Below, in pieces: positions 50,388-63,304 of a DNA stretch of 64,000 nt. The notes under the pieces were generated by a model that made no database searches, was not told the DNA's origin, and saw only the letters and a list, made by a program, of their open reading frames with translations. Every line of letters begins with the position of its first letter. Position 1 is the stretch's first letter. Origin of the DNA: Octopus sinensis (taxonomy: Eukaryota); NCBI RefSeq assembly GCF_006345805.1, contig NC_043014.1:43834001-43898000 (forward strand). Reading direction: 5' to 3'. Both the position numbers and the translations under genes were made by a program.

Positions 50388-51381
50388 CCTATTTATCGAT
50401 AATGTTGATTTTCAAACCTATTTATCAAATGTTTATTATCGACAATGCCGTCCCTAGTCAAATTTCCTCACACCGCTTTATCGCCACGTGTTCCTTGACC
50501 TCTCTCTCTCTCTAACTAACCTATCTCTCTCCCTATGTTTCTCTATGTCCCCCTCTTCCCATAACCATCATCGCCATATCTCTCTCCCTAGGTCTCTCTA
50601 TGCCCCCCCTTCCATAACCATCATCGCCATATATAAAAGAGCGATCGCATTATCGTTAACCCCACTCGCTTCAAAATATCTAAAGACGAAATACGCACAG
50701 ATCATGATTGGTTAAAGCTAAGTGAATTGTTCAACCTCGCTACGACTACCTTCATTCTTGCACTTATCTTTATTCTTTCACTATTCTTCAATTGTTCCTC
50801 ATTCTTTCAGTATTCCCTCATTACCCTGTCTAGCTCAAACATTTTTTTCGTTTAGTCTTGCCACTCTGATTTTTCAAACCCATTTGCTAGCTCCGATTTT
50901 ACAGAACCTTACTAAGCCACGATGTTATAGTAGTTATCAATAATGATTATTATTCCCTCTGATTTTTCTGATTTTCAACCTATTTATCGATAATGTTGAT
51001 TTTCAAACCTATTTATAAATGTTTATTATCGACAATGCCATCCCTAGTCAAATTTCCTCACACCGCTTTATCACTACGTGTTCCTTGACCTCTCTCTCTA
51101 ACTAACCCTATCTCTCTCCCTGTTTCTCTATGTCCCCCTCTTCCCATAACCATCATCGCCATATCCCTCTCCCTAGGTCTCTCTATGCCCCCCCCCCTTC
51201 CATAACCATCATCGCCATATATAAAAGAGCGATCGCATTATCGTTAACCCCACTCGCTTCAAAATATCTAAAGACGAAATACGCACAGATCATGATTGGC
51301 TAAAGCTAAGTGAATTGTTCAACCTTGCTACAACTACCTTCATTCTTGCACTTATCTTTATTCTTTCACTATTCTTCAATT
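50388..51381. repeat. Direct duplication of about 405 bp (50388-50793 and 50979-51381), period 591 bp
   Basis: Near-identical copies starting CCTATTTATCGATAATG and ending CTATTCTTCAATT. Confidence 0.9.
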
Positions 51382-51565
51382 TCCATCTCATTGTATTGTA
51401 TTGTTCCATCTCATTGTATTGAAGACTGCAAATGCTCTCACCATCCCTACCCCTCCCTACCCCTAGTCTCGACCTATGTAAGGTAATGTTCATACAGTGC
51501 AAAATATGAAAGGCTAGCGTTATGCAGGTTGTACTGAAGGCTACTTTACTACTTCATTTCTGCAC

Positions 51566-54500
51566 ATGAATTCTGCCAAATGCGAGCTTTCTTTTCAGGT
51601 ACACGAAGCTACTGTCCACCGTCCCAGGGTCTCTAGAGCCCATGCCTTCCACACCCTCAGGGTTGGCACCCTCAACGTTGGCACTCTGAAAGGTAGGTCT
51701 GGTGAGATAGTCGAGATGCTTGAACGGAGATGTGTGGATATATGTTGCATGCAAGAAATAAGGTGGAGAGAGAGGAGGATCAGCTAGGTTCCTCACAGGC
51801 AAGGAACGCAGGTACAAGATTTTTGGGCAGGGAACACTGATGGGGTTGGGGGCGTGGGTATACTTATCGCTGAGAAATGGGTAGATAAAGTAATTGAGGT
51901 AATCAGAGTATGTGACAGAATACTTAAGATTAGATTAGTGCTCATCATAGTTTAGCAACCATTATATCAGCCTATGCTCCTCAGTCGGGGCTACCCGATG
52001 GACAGAAAAGACCGATTCTATGACACTTACTGCAGACTACCTCGTCAACGAACGACAGAGACCTTATCTTTGTGGCTGGTGACTTCAATGGTCACGTTGG
52101 ACGACATGCTGGGGGCTTCCATGGCGTACATGGAGGCTATGGCTATGGCTCCCGAAACGAGGAGGGAACCAGGCTGCTGGAGTTCTGCGATGCAAATAAT
52201 CTTATGATTTGCAACACTAACTTCAGGAAACCTACCAGCCACCTAGTCACTTACCGATCGGGCCAACATACCAGCCAAATTGACTACATCCTTGCAAGGC
52301 AAAGGGAGAGTTGGCTGCTTATAAATGCCAAAACCTTCCCAGGTGAAGACTGTACCCCACAACATAGACTGGTAGTTAGTGACTTTAGGATCAGGACTAG
52401 GAGGACAACCAGAAGACGACCAATATGAAGAAGAAGGATCTGGAAGCTTAAAGATCCTGCAAATGGACAGAGATTTAGAGACATATTACTTGAAGCCTCT
52501 GACGAAGTTGAAGGGGATAGAGCATCACAGGGGGTAGAAGACAGCTGGATGTTTCTAAGGGACAACCTGCTGAGAGCCACTGACCAGATCTGTGGCTGGT
52601 GCAAAGTCCCCTCTCGACCTAGAATAACGTGGTGGTGGAACAATATTGTAGACAGGGCTATTAGAGAAAGAGACAGGCTTGGAAGGTCTGGAAAATGGGG
52701 GTAGCAGGGAATTGTATCAGACTGCCAAAAGAGAAGCTAAGAGACAGGTTTATTTAGCCAGAGGGGAAGCAGATAAGAAAAAATTTGCCAATTTCTGCGC
52801 CGTGAGGACCAAAGACTGGAGGTGTTTCGCGTTGCAAGACAGTGTGTGAGAGAGACTCGTGATGTGGTAGGAGAGAAGTGTGTTCGCATGGAAGATGGTT
52901 CACTTGCGCTAAATGAGGATGCAAAGAGAGAGGCTTGGAGATGCCACTATGAAAGTTTGCTGAATAAGAAAATGAATGGGATAAAGAGAGTCTGCCGAAT
53001 GTTGACCCAACAGAGGGACCAGCTATCCGAGTTGATAGTTCCGTGGTAGCTAAGGCAATTAGAAGCATGAAGACAGGAAAAGCCCCAGGCCCATCAGGAA
53101 TCACTGCAGAGATGCTCAAAATGTCTGGTAGTGTCGGCTATAGCCTAGTCACCCATATAGTTAATCAGGTGATACACAAAGGAGTCATACCCAATGACTG
53201 GTGTAGCAGCATAATAGTCAACTGCTACAAAGGTAAAGGTGACGCCCTAGATACAAATAATTACAGGGGTATCAAGCTGTTGGATCAGGTGATGAAGGTT
53301 ACGGAGAGGGTCATAGCCCAACTAATTAGAGAGAGAGTTAGTTTAGATGAGATGCAGTTTGGGTTTGTGCCAGGGAAAAGTACTACTGATGCTATATTCC
53401 TGGTAAGGCAGCTGCAGGAGAAATACCTAGCCAAAGATAAGCCCCTGTACCTGGCTTTTGTTGACATGGAGAAAGTCTTCGACAGGGTCCCCCGATCCCT
53501 TATCTGGTGGGCAATGAGGAAACTAGGGATAGATGAATGGTTAGTGAGAGCTGTGCGGGCCATGTATAGGGACGCTGCTAGTAGGGTGAGGGTTGGAAAC
53601 GAGTACAGTGAAGAATCCGGGTAGAGGTAGGGGTCCACCAAGGCTCAGTACTCAGCCCCCTCCTATTTATCATAGTCCTCCAGGCAATAACGGAGGAATT
53701 CAAGTCAGGATGCCCTTGGGAGCTCCTCTATGCTGATGACCTTGCTCTAATTGCTGAGTCGCTATCAGAACTGGAAGAGAAGTTTCAGGTGTGGAAACAA
53801 GGATTAGAATCGAAGGGCCTCAGAGTCAATCTAGCTAAAACCAAAGTCGTAATCAGTAGGAAGGTAGACAAATCACAAACACCTTCAGGTAGATGGCCCT
53901 GCTCGATCTGTAGAAAAGGTGTAGGTAGAAACTCTATAAGATGCACCAAGTGTAAGCTATGGACACATAAGAGATGCAGCAATGTCAAGGAAGGCTAACT
54001 AGGAAGATGGTTTTTGTATGTGGCAGATGCTCAGGAACAATAAACACTGAAAATGCTCTGAGACCAACTTCCGTCACTTTCCAGGGAGAAAAACTAGAAA
54101 TAGTTGATAGTTTCCGTTACCTAGGTGACCAAGTCAGCAGCGGGGGCGGGGTGTGCTGAAAGTGTAACTGCTAGAGTAAGAATAGCTTGGGCAAAGTTCA
54201 GAGAGCTCTTACCCCTGCTGGTGACAAAAGGCCTCTCGCACAGAGTGAAAGGCAGACTGTATGATGCGTGTGTACGAACAGCCATGCTACATGGCAGTGA
54301 AACATGGGCCGTGACTGCTGAGGATATGCGTAAGCTCGCAAGAAATGAAGCCAGTATGCTCCGATGGATGTGTAATGTCAGTGTTCATAATCGACAGAGT
54401 GTAAGTACCTTGAGAGAAAGGCTGGACCTAAGAAGCATCAGTTGTGGTGTGCAAGAGAGACGATTGCGCTGGTATGGTCATGTGGCGAGAATGGATGAAG

Positions 54501-54685
54501 ATAGTTGTGTGAAAAAGTGCCACACCCTAGCGGTTGAGGGAACCTGTGGAAGAGGCAGACCCAGGAAAACCTGGGACGAGGTGGTGAAGCACGACCTTCG
54601 AACTTTAGGTCTCACTGAGGAAATGACTAGAGACCGAGTCCTCTGGAAGTGTGCTGTGCGCGAGAAGACCCGGCAGGACAAGTGA
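51566..54685 (+). pseudogene. Disrupted APE-RT polyprotein ORF of the RTE element
   Basis: One ancestral ORF split into track fragments 51566-51787, 52072-52428, 53043-53624, 53789-53998, 53974-54159 and 54125-54685 by frameshifts and stops. Confidence 0.92.
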
Positions 54686-55325
54686 GTCCATAACCCGTGG
54701 CCTTCTACTTGGGATGGAGCCAGCCTACGTATGCATACCTTCCCTTCTTGGGACACAAAACTCTACTTGTGAAGACCTGTTGAGGCAAGTGAGGATCAAC
54801 TCTTCTTGTGAAGACCTGTTGAGGCAAGTGAGGATCAGAATCAAAATCGATCAATGGAAATTGCAGATGTGTTACCAGTGCCGGTGGCATGTCGAAACTC
54901 TACTTGTGAAGACCCGTTGAGGCAAGTGAGGATCAGAATGGAAATCGATCAATGGAAATTGCAGATGTGTTACCAGTGCCAGTGGCATGTAAGAGAACCT
55001 TCCGTTTCGTGACCGTTGCCAGCACCGCCCCGTTTCGTGTCCGTTGCCAGCCTCGCCTGGCCCTTGTGCCGGTGGCACATAAAAAGCACCATCCGTTCGT
55101 GGCCGTTTGCCAGCTCTGTCTGGCACCTGTGCGGGTGGCACGTAAAAAGCACCCACTACACTCACGGAGTGGTTGGCGTTAGGAAGGGCATCCAGCCGTA
55201 GAAACACTGCCAGATTTGACTGGGCTTGATGAAGCCTTCTGGCTTCACAGACCCCAGTAGAACCGTCCAACCCATGCTAGCATGGAAAACGGACGCTAAA
55301 CGATGATGATGATGATGATGATGAT
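51566..55325 (+). mobile_element. RTE-clade non-LTR retrotransposon, near full length, inactivated
   Basis: APE motifs (LRVGTLNVGTL, MQEIRW, AGDFNGH, SQIDYIL, QHRLVV) and RT motifs (KAPGPSG, YRGIKLL, QFGFVPGKSTTDAI, GVHQGSVLSPLLF, LLYADDL, FRYLG), then a structured 3' UTR and (GAT)n tail. Confidence 0.95.
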
Positions 55326-56023
55326 ATATATATACTATATATATATATTATACGACGGGCATCTTTCAGTTTCCGTCTGCCAAATCCATTCACAAGGCTT
55401 TGGTCGACCCGAGGCTATAGTAGAACACAATTGCCCAAGGTGCCACGCAGTGGGACTGAACCCAGAACCATATGGTTTGTAAGCAAGCTACTTACCACAC
55501 AGGTACTCCTCCACCTATATAAATAGTAAAGTTGTGAACCACAATTGTATTTTTTCCTCTTCCCCAGCAACTTTGAGAAAAAAGTTTTGTCTTCAGACAA
55601 ATTTTATTTTTTATCAGATAAGCTTGCACTCTCATCTGATAAGGCCCGTACTCATTGTCATCTTCTGAGCTTGATATCTGGGCATAATTTGTAAAAAAAG
55701 AAAGAAAAAAAGGAAAAAGAGAGAGAGAGAGAGAGAAATGCTGAGAATTGACATATAAACTTGTCTGTGGCTGTTTTTGAAATTATATGTTTTGGACGAG
55801 TTTACTCATCACACTCTGAAAAAGACAAATTTGGTGAAGACTGCTGAGTAAGGGTTTAAGGGTCCATGAAAAAATTTTGCTTTAGAAGTATTAATTGTAT
55901 GAAACAGCTTGGTTGTTGTTTTTTTTTCCTCTCCCTCTCTCTCTATGTTCAACCTACAGAATTGAATTTGTGAAAAAATGAAATAGAAATGTTGAAAGAA
56001 GTATCCATTAAGCTAGTTTTTAA

Positions 56024-56220
56024 CCCTTTAGCATTTAAGCCGATTAGATTCAACCAAAATATTTTACCTGTTTTGTTTAAACTAACTAAATCTGGCCTCA
56101 TATCTACTTTACAATGTCATTCCAAAAATTAACAACATCATTGAAATCTCAAAGCTACACGATAGTGCATGGTCGATCCAAGACATTGCAAATAAATAAG
56201 CATTACATCGGACAGGGTAT
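56024..56220. mobile_element. piggyBac-like MITE fragment
   Basis: TTAA followed by CCCTTTAGCATTTAA; no right end found. Confidence 0.5.
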
Positions 56221-56404
56221 GGATTCTGGGAGATTTGGAATGGATGTTGAATGTCTTTGTATTTAAAATGGTTTCTTGAAATGAGTTTTGGTGTTAGAAT
56301 AACTAAAAATAAATGATTTAAATTCTTCAACAACAAAAAAAAAATCTGTTTTAATTATAGTGGAAATTACAATTCCAGTTTTTTCAATATTTTTTTTTTT
56401 TTTG

Positions 56405-56850
56405 TTATTTGTTTCAGTCATTTAACTGTGGCCATGCTGGAGCACCGCCTATGTTTCAATTCAGTTTATGAAAACACTTACTGTTTTACCAATGTTTACT
56501 GTTTTACTGGGGCACATCCTTGAAGAACTTTTTAGTTGAATGAATCAATTCCAGAACTTTTTTTTTTAAAGCCTGATATCAGTCTTTTTTGCCAAACTGC
56601 TAAGTTACAAGGACATAATCAAGCGATGGTGAGGAGACAAACACATACACACACACACACACACACATATATATTTATATATATACGACGGGCTTCTTTT
56701 TCAGTTTCCGTCTACCAAATCCACTCACAAGGCATTGGTCGGCCCGAGCCTATAGCAGAAGACACTTGCCCAAGATGCCACGCAGTGGGACTGAACCCGG
56801 AACCATGTGGTTGGTAAGCAAGCTACTTACCACGCAGCCACTCCTGCGCC
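56405..56850 (-). mobile_element. SINE family A
   Basis: Family A head and tail; middle rearranged. Confidence 0.75.
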
Positions 56851-58204
56851 TTGAGGAAGATTTGTCTTCTGTTGGTTCAAAATTTTTGCATGTACATGGT
56901 ACTACTACCATCCAGCTTCTATTTGCTTCAGTTCTCAGTGACTTTTCAATCTTCCATCACCATTCAATTTGCCATCCAGACATTCAAAAACGAAAAAAAA
57001 AAGTAACAGATTCCTTTTCCTTTTCTATTTCATGCTGACTCTTTTTGTCCGTTTTGTGCTATTTCTAAACGATTTCTCTCAATTGTTGGATGGATAGTTT
57101 AGACAATCCCATCAAGGATTGATATAAAACAAGTAATTTTTAAGAGAAATGTTTGCGGGTTCTCTTTAAATAGAATTTTGGATTCATTTTAGTAAATTAA
57201 GACTCAAATTTCCAATCAAACTATTTTTATTTCTCTACTTTCTATGCAATTTATCAAAGGATATTTATTTCGTTTTCATTTCTTCTTCATCTTTTTTTCC
57301 CTCCTCTCTTTTATATATTGTCCATTTGTTTATCCTGCCTTTTATATTCCTTCCCACCCTGTTCTCTTTAAACATCCTTTGCCATTTTCCTTATTATCTG
57401 CGCAATTATTTGCTCCCTCCTCATCCCTTTTGAAGTTTTTGTTATTTTTATGCTGTTAGCTTGACCAACTGTTATTACGTAATATTCTATTGATTTGGAA
57501 CTACAAATGGTTAAATTTGATTTTTTTTTATATATATTATATATTTTATCTTTTTTTTTGTTTATTTATTTATTCTTTGTCTTTGCATTTTCCACAGTTG
57601 CCAAACATCTTTTGACTTGAGAATGTCTAGATTTTCATCAATGTCAGTTTTGTGCCTTTTAAATTTAATTAAAAACACAAGAGAGAGAAAAAGGAAAAAA
57701 AAAAAAATCTCTTTCCAATGGTTTTTTTTAATATTTTTATTATTTACTTATTTTATTTACGTATTTTATTTATTTATTTTTTGGCTTTCCTTAATTCAAT
57801 TTACTCATTTTGGTTTACCATAATTTCATTTTGAATTTGAACCAAATTTTCCTATTAATTCATCTTACACACGCTCACACATGCACACAAACTTCTAAAC
57901 TTTCTCAGCACTTGTTTATCATCATCATCATCATCGCCAACAGCATCCTCCTCCTCCTGCCACTCTCCATCACCTCCTCTTGCCCCCCCACTTCGCTTCA
58001 CCTCTTCCTTCATCTCACCTTTCCCTCCACCTTCCGATTCATACATGCTTTTATTAACAACACCTGGTGCTCCGCTGCGCTCCTGTGATGTATACACATC
58101 ATTTGGGTGTATATGATTGTGTTAGTATTTTCTACTACGTTCTGTTGTCTCTGATGTAACTTCAGTGTTGTTTTTGGCTTTTGTGATGTAGAATATGTTA
58201 CATG

Positions 58205-58605
58205 TGTAGAAGTGGCTGTGTGGTAAGTAGCTTGCTTACAAACCACATGGTTTCGAGTTCAGTCCCACTGCGTGGCACCTTGGGCAAGTGTCTTCTACTG
58301 TAGCCTCGGGTAGACCAAAGCCTTGTGAGTGGATTTGGTAGACGGAAACTAAAAGAAGCCCATCGCATATATGTATATATATGTATGTCTGTGTGTTTAT
58401 GTTTGTGTGTCTGTGTTTGTCCTCCAACATTGCTTGACAATCGATGCTGGTGTGTTTACGTCCCTGTCACTTAGCGGTTTGGTAAAACAGACTGATAGAA
58501 TATGTACTAGGCTTACAAAGAATAAGTCCTGGGGTCAATTTGTTCTACTGAAGGTAGTGCTCCAGTATGGCCACAATCAAATAACTGAAACATGTAAAAG
58601 AGTGA
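58205..58605 (+). mobile_element. SINE family A
   Basis: Family A head, core and tail. Confidence 0.85.
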
Positions 58606-58833
58606 AAGAAAAAAAAGGGAGGGGATGCTGAAAAGTTCCTGGTTTCAAGGGCCAGGAAAGGCCTGGTTGGAGGACCAACCTTCCAAGTTCTTTTACAGGG
58701 CTTAGAAAAACTGAAGGACTGCTTGCAATAAGTGTATGAATCTGAGACAGGAATAAGTTGAATAAAATCATAATTAAATGATACTCCTGTATTTCTCTTT
58801 TACCTCAAGGCAGGAAATTTTCTGTAGCCCTTC

Positions 58834-59319
58834 ATCATCATCATCATCATCATCGTTTAACGTCCATTTTCCATGCTAGCATGGGTTGGATGGTTCGACT
58901 GGGGTCTGGGAACCCAAGCGGCTGCACCAGGCTCCAGTCTGATCTGGCAGTGTTTCTACAGCTGGATGCCCATCCTAACGCCAGCCACTCCGTGAGTGTA
59001 GTGGGTGCTTTTTACGTGCCACCGGCACAGGTGCCAGGGGTGGCTGGCATCGGCCATGATTGGTTAGGGTTTTTTACGTGCCATCGCCACGATTGGTTGG
59101 GGTTTTTTACGTGCCACCAGCACAGAAGCCTGTCAAGGCGGCGCTGGCATCACCCACGTTCGGATGGTGCTTTTTACGTGACACCGGCACAGGGATCACA
59201 ACTACAATTTCCATTTGATATTTATTTTGATGTTGATGTACTTGACTCAATAGGTCTCCTCAAGCACAGGAGACCTATTGCTCTTGAAGAGACCTATTGA
59301 GTCAAGTACATCAACATCA
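58834..59319 (-). mobile_element. 5'-truncated RTE 3' UTR copy with fold-back 5' junction
   Basis: (CAT)n tail at 58834; 37-bp inverted arms at 59228-59264 and 59283-59319. Confidence 0.85.
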
Positions 59320-60298
59320 TGAAGTAAAAATGTATGAATAGATTGCAATTGGTGTCTGGTCGCATAACAAGCTGCTAATGGGACAATCAACAGCTCATTG
59401 CATTTGTGAATTTGAGTGAGGTACACGTATATGTATATGTTCCAATCCAAACAGAAATACCATCAAATGGGTCAATATATATAATGTAGATAATTTATAT
59501 GAGAAGAAAAAGAAGATTTAAAAAAAAATTTAGATGATTATGGTTTCTGATATGGGCACAGGACCTCAAATTTAGAGGAAGGATTCCAGGTGAAGAAAAC
59601 TGGGAAACCATAACCTGCCAGAATAGACCCTTGTGGTATTTGCTCTGCACCAACTTACAGATACTCCCACATTACTTTCACTATCATAAAGACAACAAAC
59701 AAACTGGACTGTTGAAAACCAAGAACTAACAACAATAGACACACACACATACTCACATGTGTACGTGCACACACACACACACACACATATATACAGATGG
59801 ATATGAGTGTATGTAAGTATATATTTATCTATATACTTGTGTCTTTTACTCTTTATCTTTTACTTGTTTCAGTCATTAGACTGCAGACCATGCTGGGGCA
59901 ATGGTTTGAAGAATTTTAGTCTAATTTATTACCCTCAGTTTTTTGGGGGGTTTTTTCTGTATAGCCTGGTACTTATTCTATTGGTCTCTTTTGCTGAACT
60001 GCTGAGTTACAGGGACAGAAACACACGAATGCCAGTTGTCAGGTGGTGGACAAACACTACGCAAAGACACACACACACACACACACACACATCACATATA
60101 TAATTGAAAGAACCTTGTGTGTGTGTGTGTGTGTGTGTGTAGGTGTTAAGAAGGGCATCCAGCTGTAGAAACCATGCCAAAACAGACATGGAACCTGAGG
60201 TGCCCTTCAGTTAGTCAGCTCCTATCAAACCGTCCAACCCATGCCAGAATGGAAAATGTATTCTAAATTTGTCTACCAAATCCACTCACAAGGCCTTG

Positions 60299-60600
60299 TT
60301 TGTTTTGTTTGTTCCTTCTCGAGCCATGCCTGGCTCATAAGGGCCAATTTCCCAGTTTCATTAGCGTATAGGTTCCCCAACTGGACGGGACGCCAGTCTA
60401 TCACAGGTGAGCTGCTAGATGCAGGACGAAAGAGTGAGAGAAAGTTGTGGCGAAAGAGTCAGCAGTTCCTCATTACCTTCTGTCGGAGCCACGTAGAGCT
60501 TAGGTGTTTCACTCATACACACATCACCCGGTCTGAGATTCGAACCCGCGATCTCTCGACCGCGAGTCCGCTGCTCTGACCACTAGGCCATGTGCCTCCA
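60299..60600 (-). mobile_element. SINE family C (tail type 3) nested in a family A SINE
   Basis: 12-bp TSD CACAAGGCCTTG at 60287-60298 and 60601-60612. Confidence 0.9.
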
Positions 60601-60828
60601 CACAAGGCCTTGGTCAACCCAACACTATCATAGGAAACACTTGCCCAAGGTGTCATGCAGTGGGATTGAACCCGGAACCATGTAGTTGGGAAGCAAACTT
60701 CTTACCACACAGCCATAACTGTGCCTACATGTGTGTCTGTACATATGCATAAACAGACTCAATGAACTTGTTCTGAGTTTCCATCAAAAAAATTCCATTC
60801 ATAAGTTACTAATTATTTTGGATGCTAA

Positions 60829-61180
60829 GAGCACCATCCGAGTGTGATCGTTGCCAGAGCGGCTAACTGGCTTCCGTGCCGGTGGAATGTAAAAGGCACC
60901 ATTCGAGTGTGATCGTTACCAGTGTCGCCTTACTGGCATTTGTGAAAACATTCGAGCAAAGTCGTTGCCAGTACCGCCTGACTGGCCTCAATGCTGGTGG
61001 CATGTAAAAGCACCCACTACACTCTCGGAGTGGTTGGCATTAGGAAGGGCATCCAGCTGTAGAAACTCTGCCAGATCAAGATTGGAGCCTCGTGCAGCCA
61101 TCTGGCTTGCCAGCCCTCAGTCAAATCGTCCAACACATGCTAGCATGGAAAACGGACGTTGAACGATGATGATGATGAGG
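60829..61180 (+). mobile_element. 5'-truncated RTE 3' UTR copy (variant subfamily)
   Basis: GCACCATCCGAGTGTGATCG modules, the shared terminal region and a (GAT)n tail. Confidence 0.8.
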
Positions 61181-62109
61181 AGGAGGAGGATTATCGTCAA
61201 GCCTAGGATGTGGAAATGTAAGGCAAGACACTTGTCCAAAGAAGCTGCATAGGGCAATGCCAAATCCGAAACTACATTCTCTAGGAAACAAAAACCTCTC
61301 AGCAACACAGCCGTGCCTGCGCCCACAACTCTCGACACAAAACACAAACGCTCACTTGTAAACAACTTTAATCAACTGTCAATCATGTTTTTGTTGTTGT
61401 TGTTGTCTTCCTTTAAGAAATAAATATATTTGTAATTTATCTTTTCTATTAACCTGTTTCCCCTCACTGTAAAGCTGTCACTTAATAAAACAGAACGACC
61501 GTTTCCTAATATCTTACTTCATTATTTCAAGTGATCTATGTTCACATATCGAAACCGAAATAAATATCTTCAAAAAGTGGCGAATAAATAAACCAGATAA
61601 TTGAAGTTGGAAGGGTGGTGATAGGGGTGGGGGAAATGGTTTTCTGAAAATTTAAATAATAATGATTTGTAGCAGAGACATGAGACCACTTTATCTTCTA
61701 CTTTTTCCTTTTTTTTTTATTTGTGTGTGTGTGTGTGTGTGTGGTGGGTGGGTAGAAGGGGTCAGGTGGGTGTTAGTAGGGCTCTGTAATCAATTATAAT
61801 ACAATGATCCCCTGGTCCTTGACTGGTATTTATTTTATTAACATTGAAGAGGTGAAGGCAGTGTTAACAACACCTGCAACATTTCAGCTCAGATTATTTA
61901 ATAGGGTGGATGGGGATAAAAATTTGAAAAAGTCTTCGGAATAAGTGCAAGCATGGCTATGTGGTAAGGTGTTCGCTTCCCAACCAGATGTACACATGGT
62001 TCTGGGTTCAGTCCTACTGCATGGCACCTTGGATGAGTACCTTCTAGGCTGACCAAAGTCTTCCAAGTCAATTTGATAGGCAGAAACTGCAAGAAGCTTG
62101 TCATATATA

Positions 62110-62497
62110 TACTCTTTTACTTGTTTCAGTCATTTGACTGCGGCCATGCTGGAGCACCGCCTTCAGTCGAGCAAATCGACCCCGGGACTCATTCTTTTGT
62201 AAGCCCAGTACTTATTCTATCGGTCTGTTTTGCCGAACCGCTAAGTAACGGGGACATAAACACAACAGCATCGGTTGTCAAGCAATGCTAGGGGGACAAA
62301 CACAGACACACAAGCATATACACACACATATATACGACGGGCTTCTTTCAGTTTCCGTCTACCAAATCCACCCACAAGGCTTTGGTCGGCCCGAGGCTAT
62401 AGTAGAAGACACTTGCCCAAGGTGCCACGTAGTGGGACTGAACCCAGAACCATGTGGTTGGTAAACAAGCTACTTACCACACAGCCACTCCTATGCC

Positions 62498-62500
<3 letters not shown>
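62110..62500 (-). mobile_element. SINE family A, full length
   Basis: Family A head, core and tail. Confidence 0.88.
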
Positions 62501-62531
<31 letters not shown>

Positions 62532-62839
62532 CATCTCTCACCAGATGGAGTACTTTTTTTGTTATCTTACCATCATGGAACAGTACTAGGCTTACAAAGA
62601 ATAAGTCCTGGGGTCGATTTTCTCGACTAAAGGTGGTGCTCCAGCATGGCCACAGTCAAATGACTGAAACAAGTAAAAGAGAGTAACCCCCCTGGCCTAG
62701 ATGCTCTCTCATTAGCTTGTAACAAATAATACTGGTAAAGGGTGGTTCATTATATACAAACGTAGTGATGGAGAAACCCCTGCTCTGAGGAACCAAAACA
62801 TTAAGTTCATCTTCATTGTATTTTAACCTAAGAACTAAA

Positions 62840-63175
62840 GATCCCTTTTGGTCATGAATTACCATGGGATTGCACCTAGAAAGTTCCCCTCCAAGACACA
62901 AGTCCAGGCAAAATTTTTAATGGGAGACCAGCAGTAGCCCATGCATACCAGCCTCCCCTCTACACACACCACCAATATTATCTAAGGGAAGGGAAAAGGC
63001 TGCTACAGCTTGGCACTAGTGACATTGCAACTCATTTCTACAGATGAATGAACTGAAATAAAATGAAATAAAGTGTTTTGCTCAAGAACATATGACAGAG
63101 CCTGGTCCAGGAATTGAACTCACTACCTCATGATTGTGAGCCTGACACTGTAACCACTGAGTCATGTGCCTTCAC
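62840..63175 (-). mobile_element. SINE family E
   Basis: Inverted homolog of 36490-36805, with a tRNA-like head near 63175. Confidence 0.7.
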
Positions 63176-63304
63176 AGCCTGAGTCATGTGCCTTCACAAT
63201 ATGAAGTATTGAATTAGGTACTGCAAAACAGCCTGTTGGCTAACAATGACCACAACACCGATGTATCACAGTCAAGTCATTTCTGGTAACATAGTTAAAG
63301 CTAA

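Noticed and set aside
57570-57625. Strong plus-strand acceptor TTCTTTGTCTTTGCATTTTCCACAG at 57597
   Set aside because: Two frames stop within 7 codons and no downstream donor was found. It could be a terminal or UTR exon but is unsupported without transcript data.
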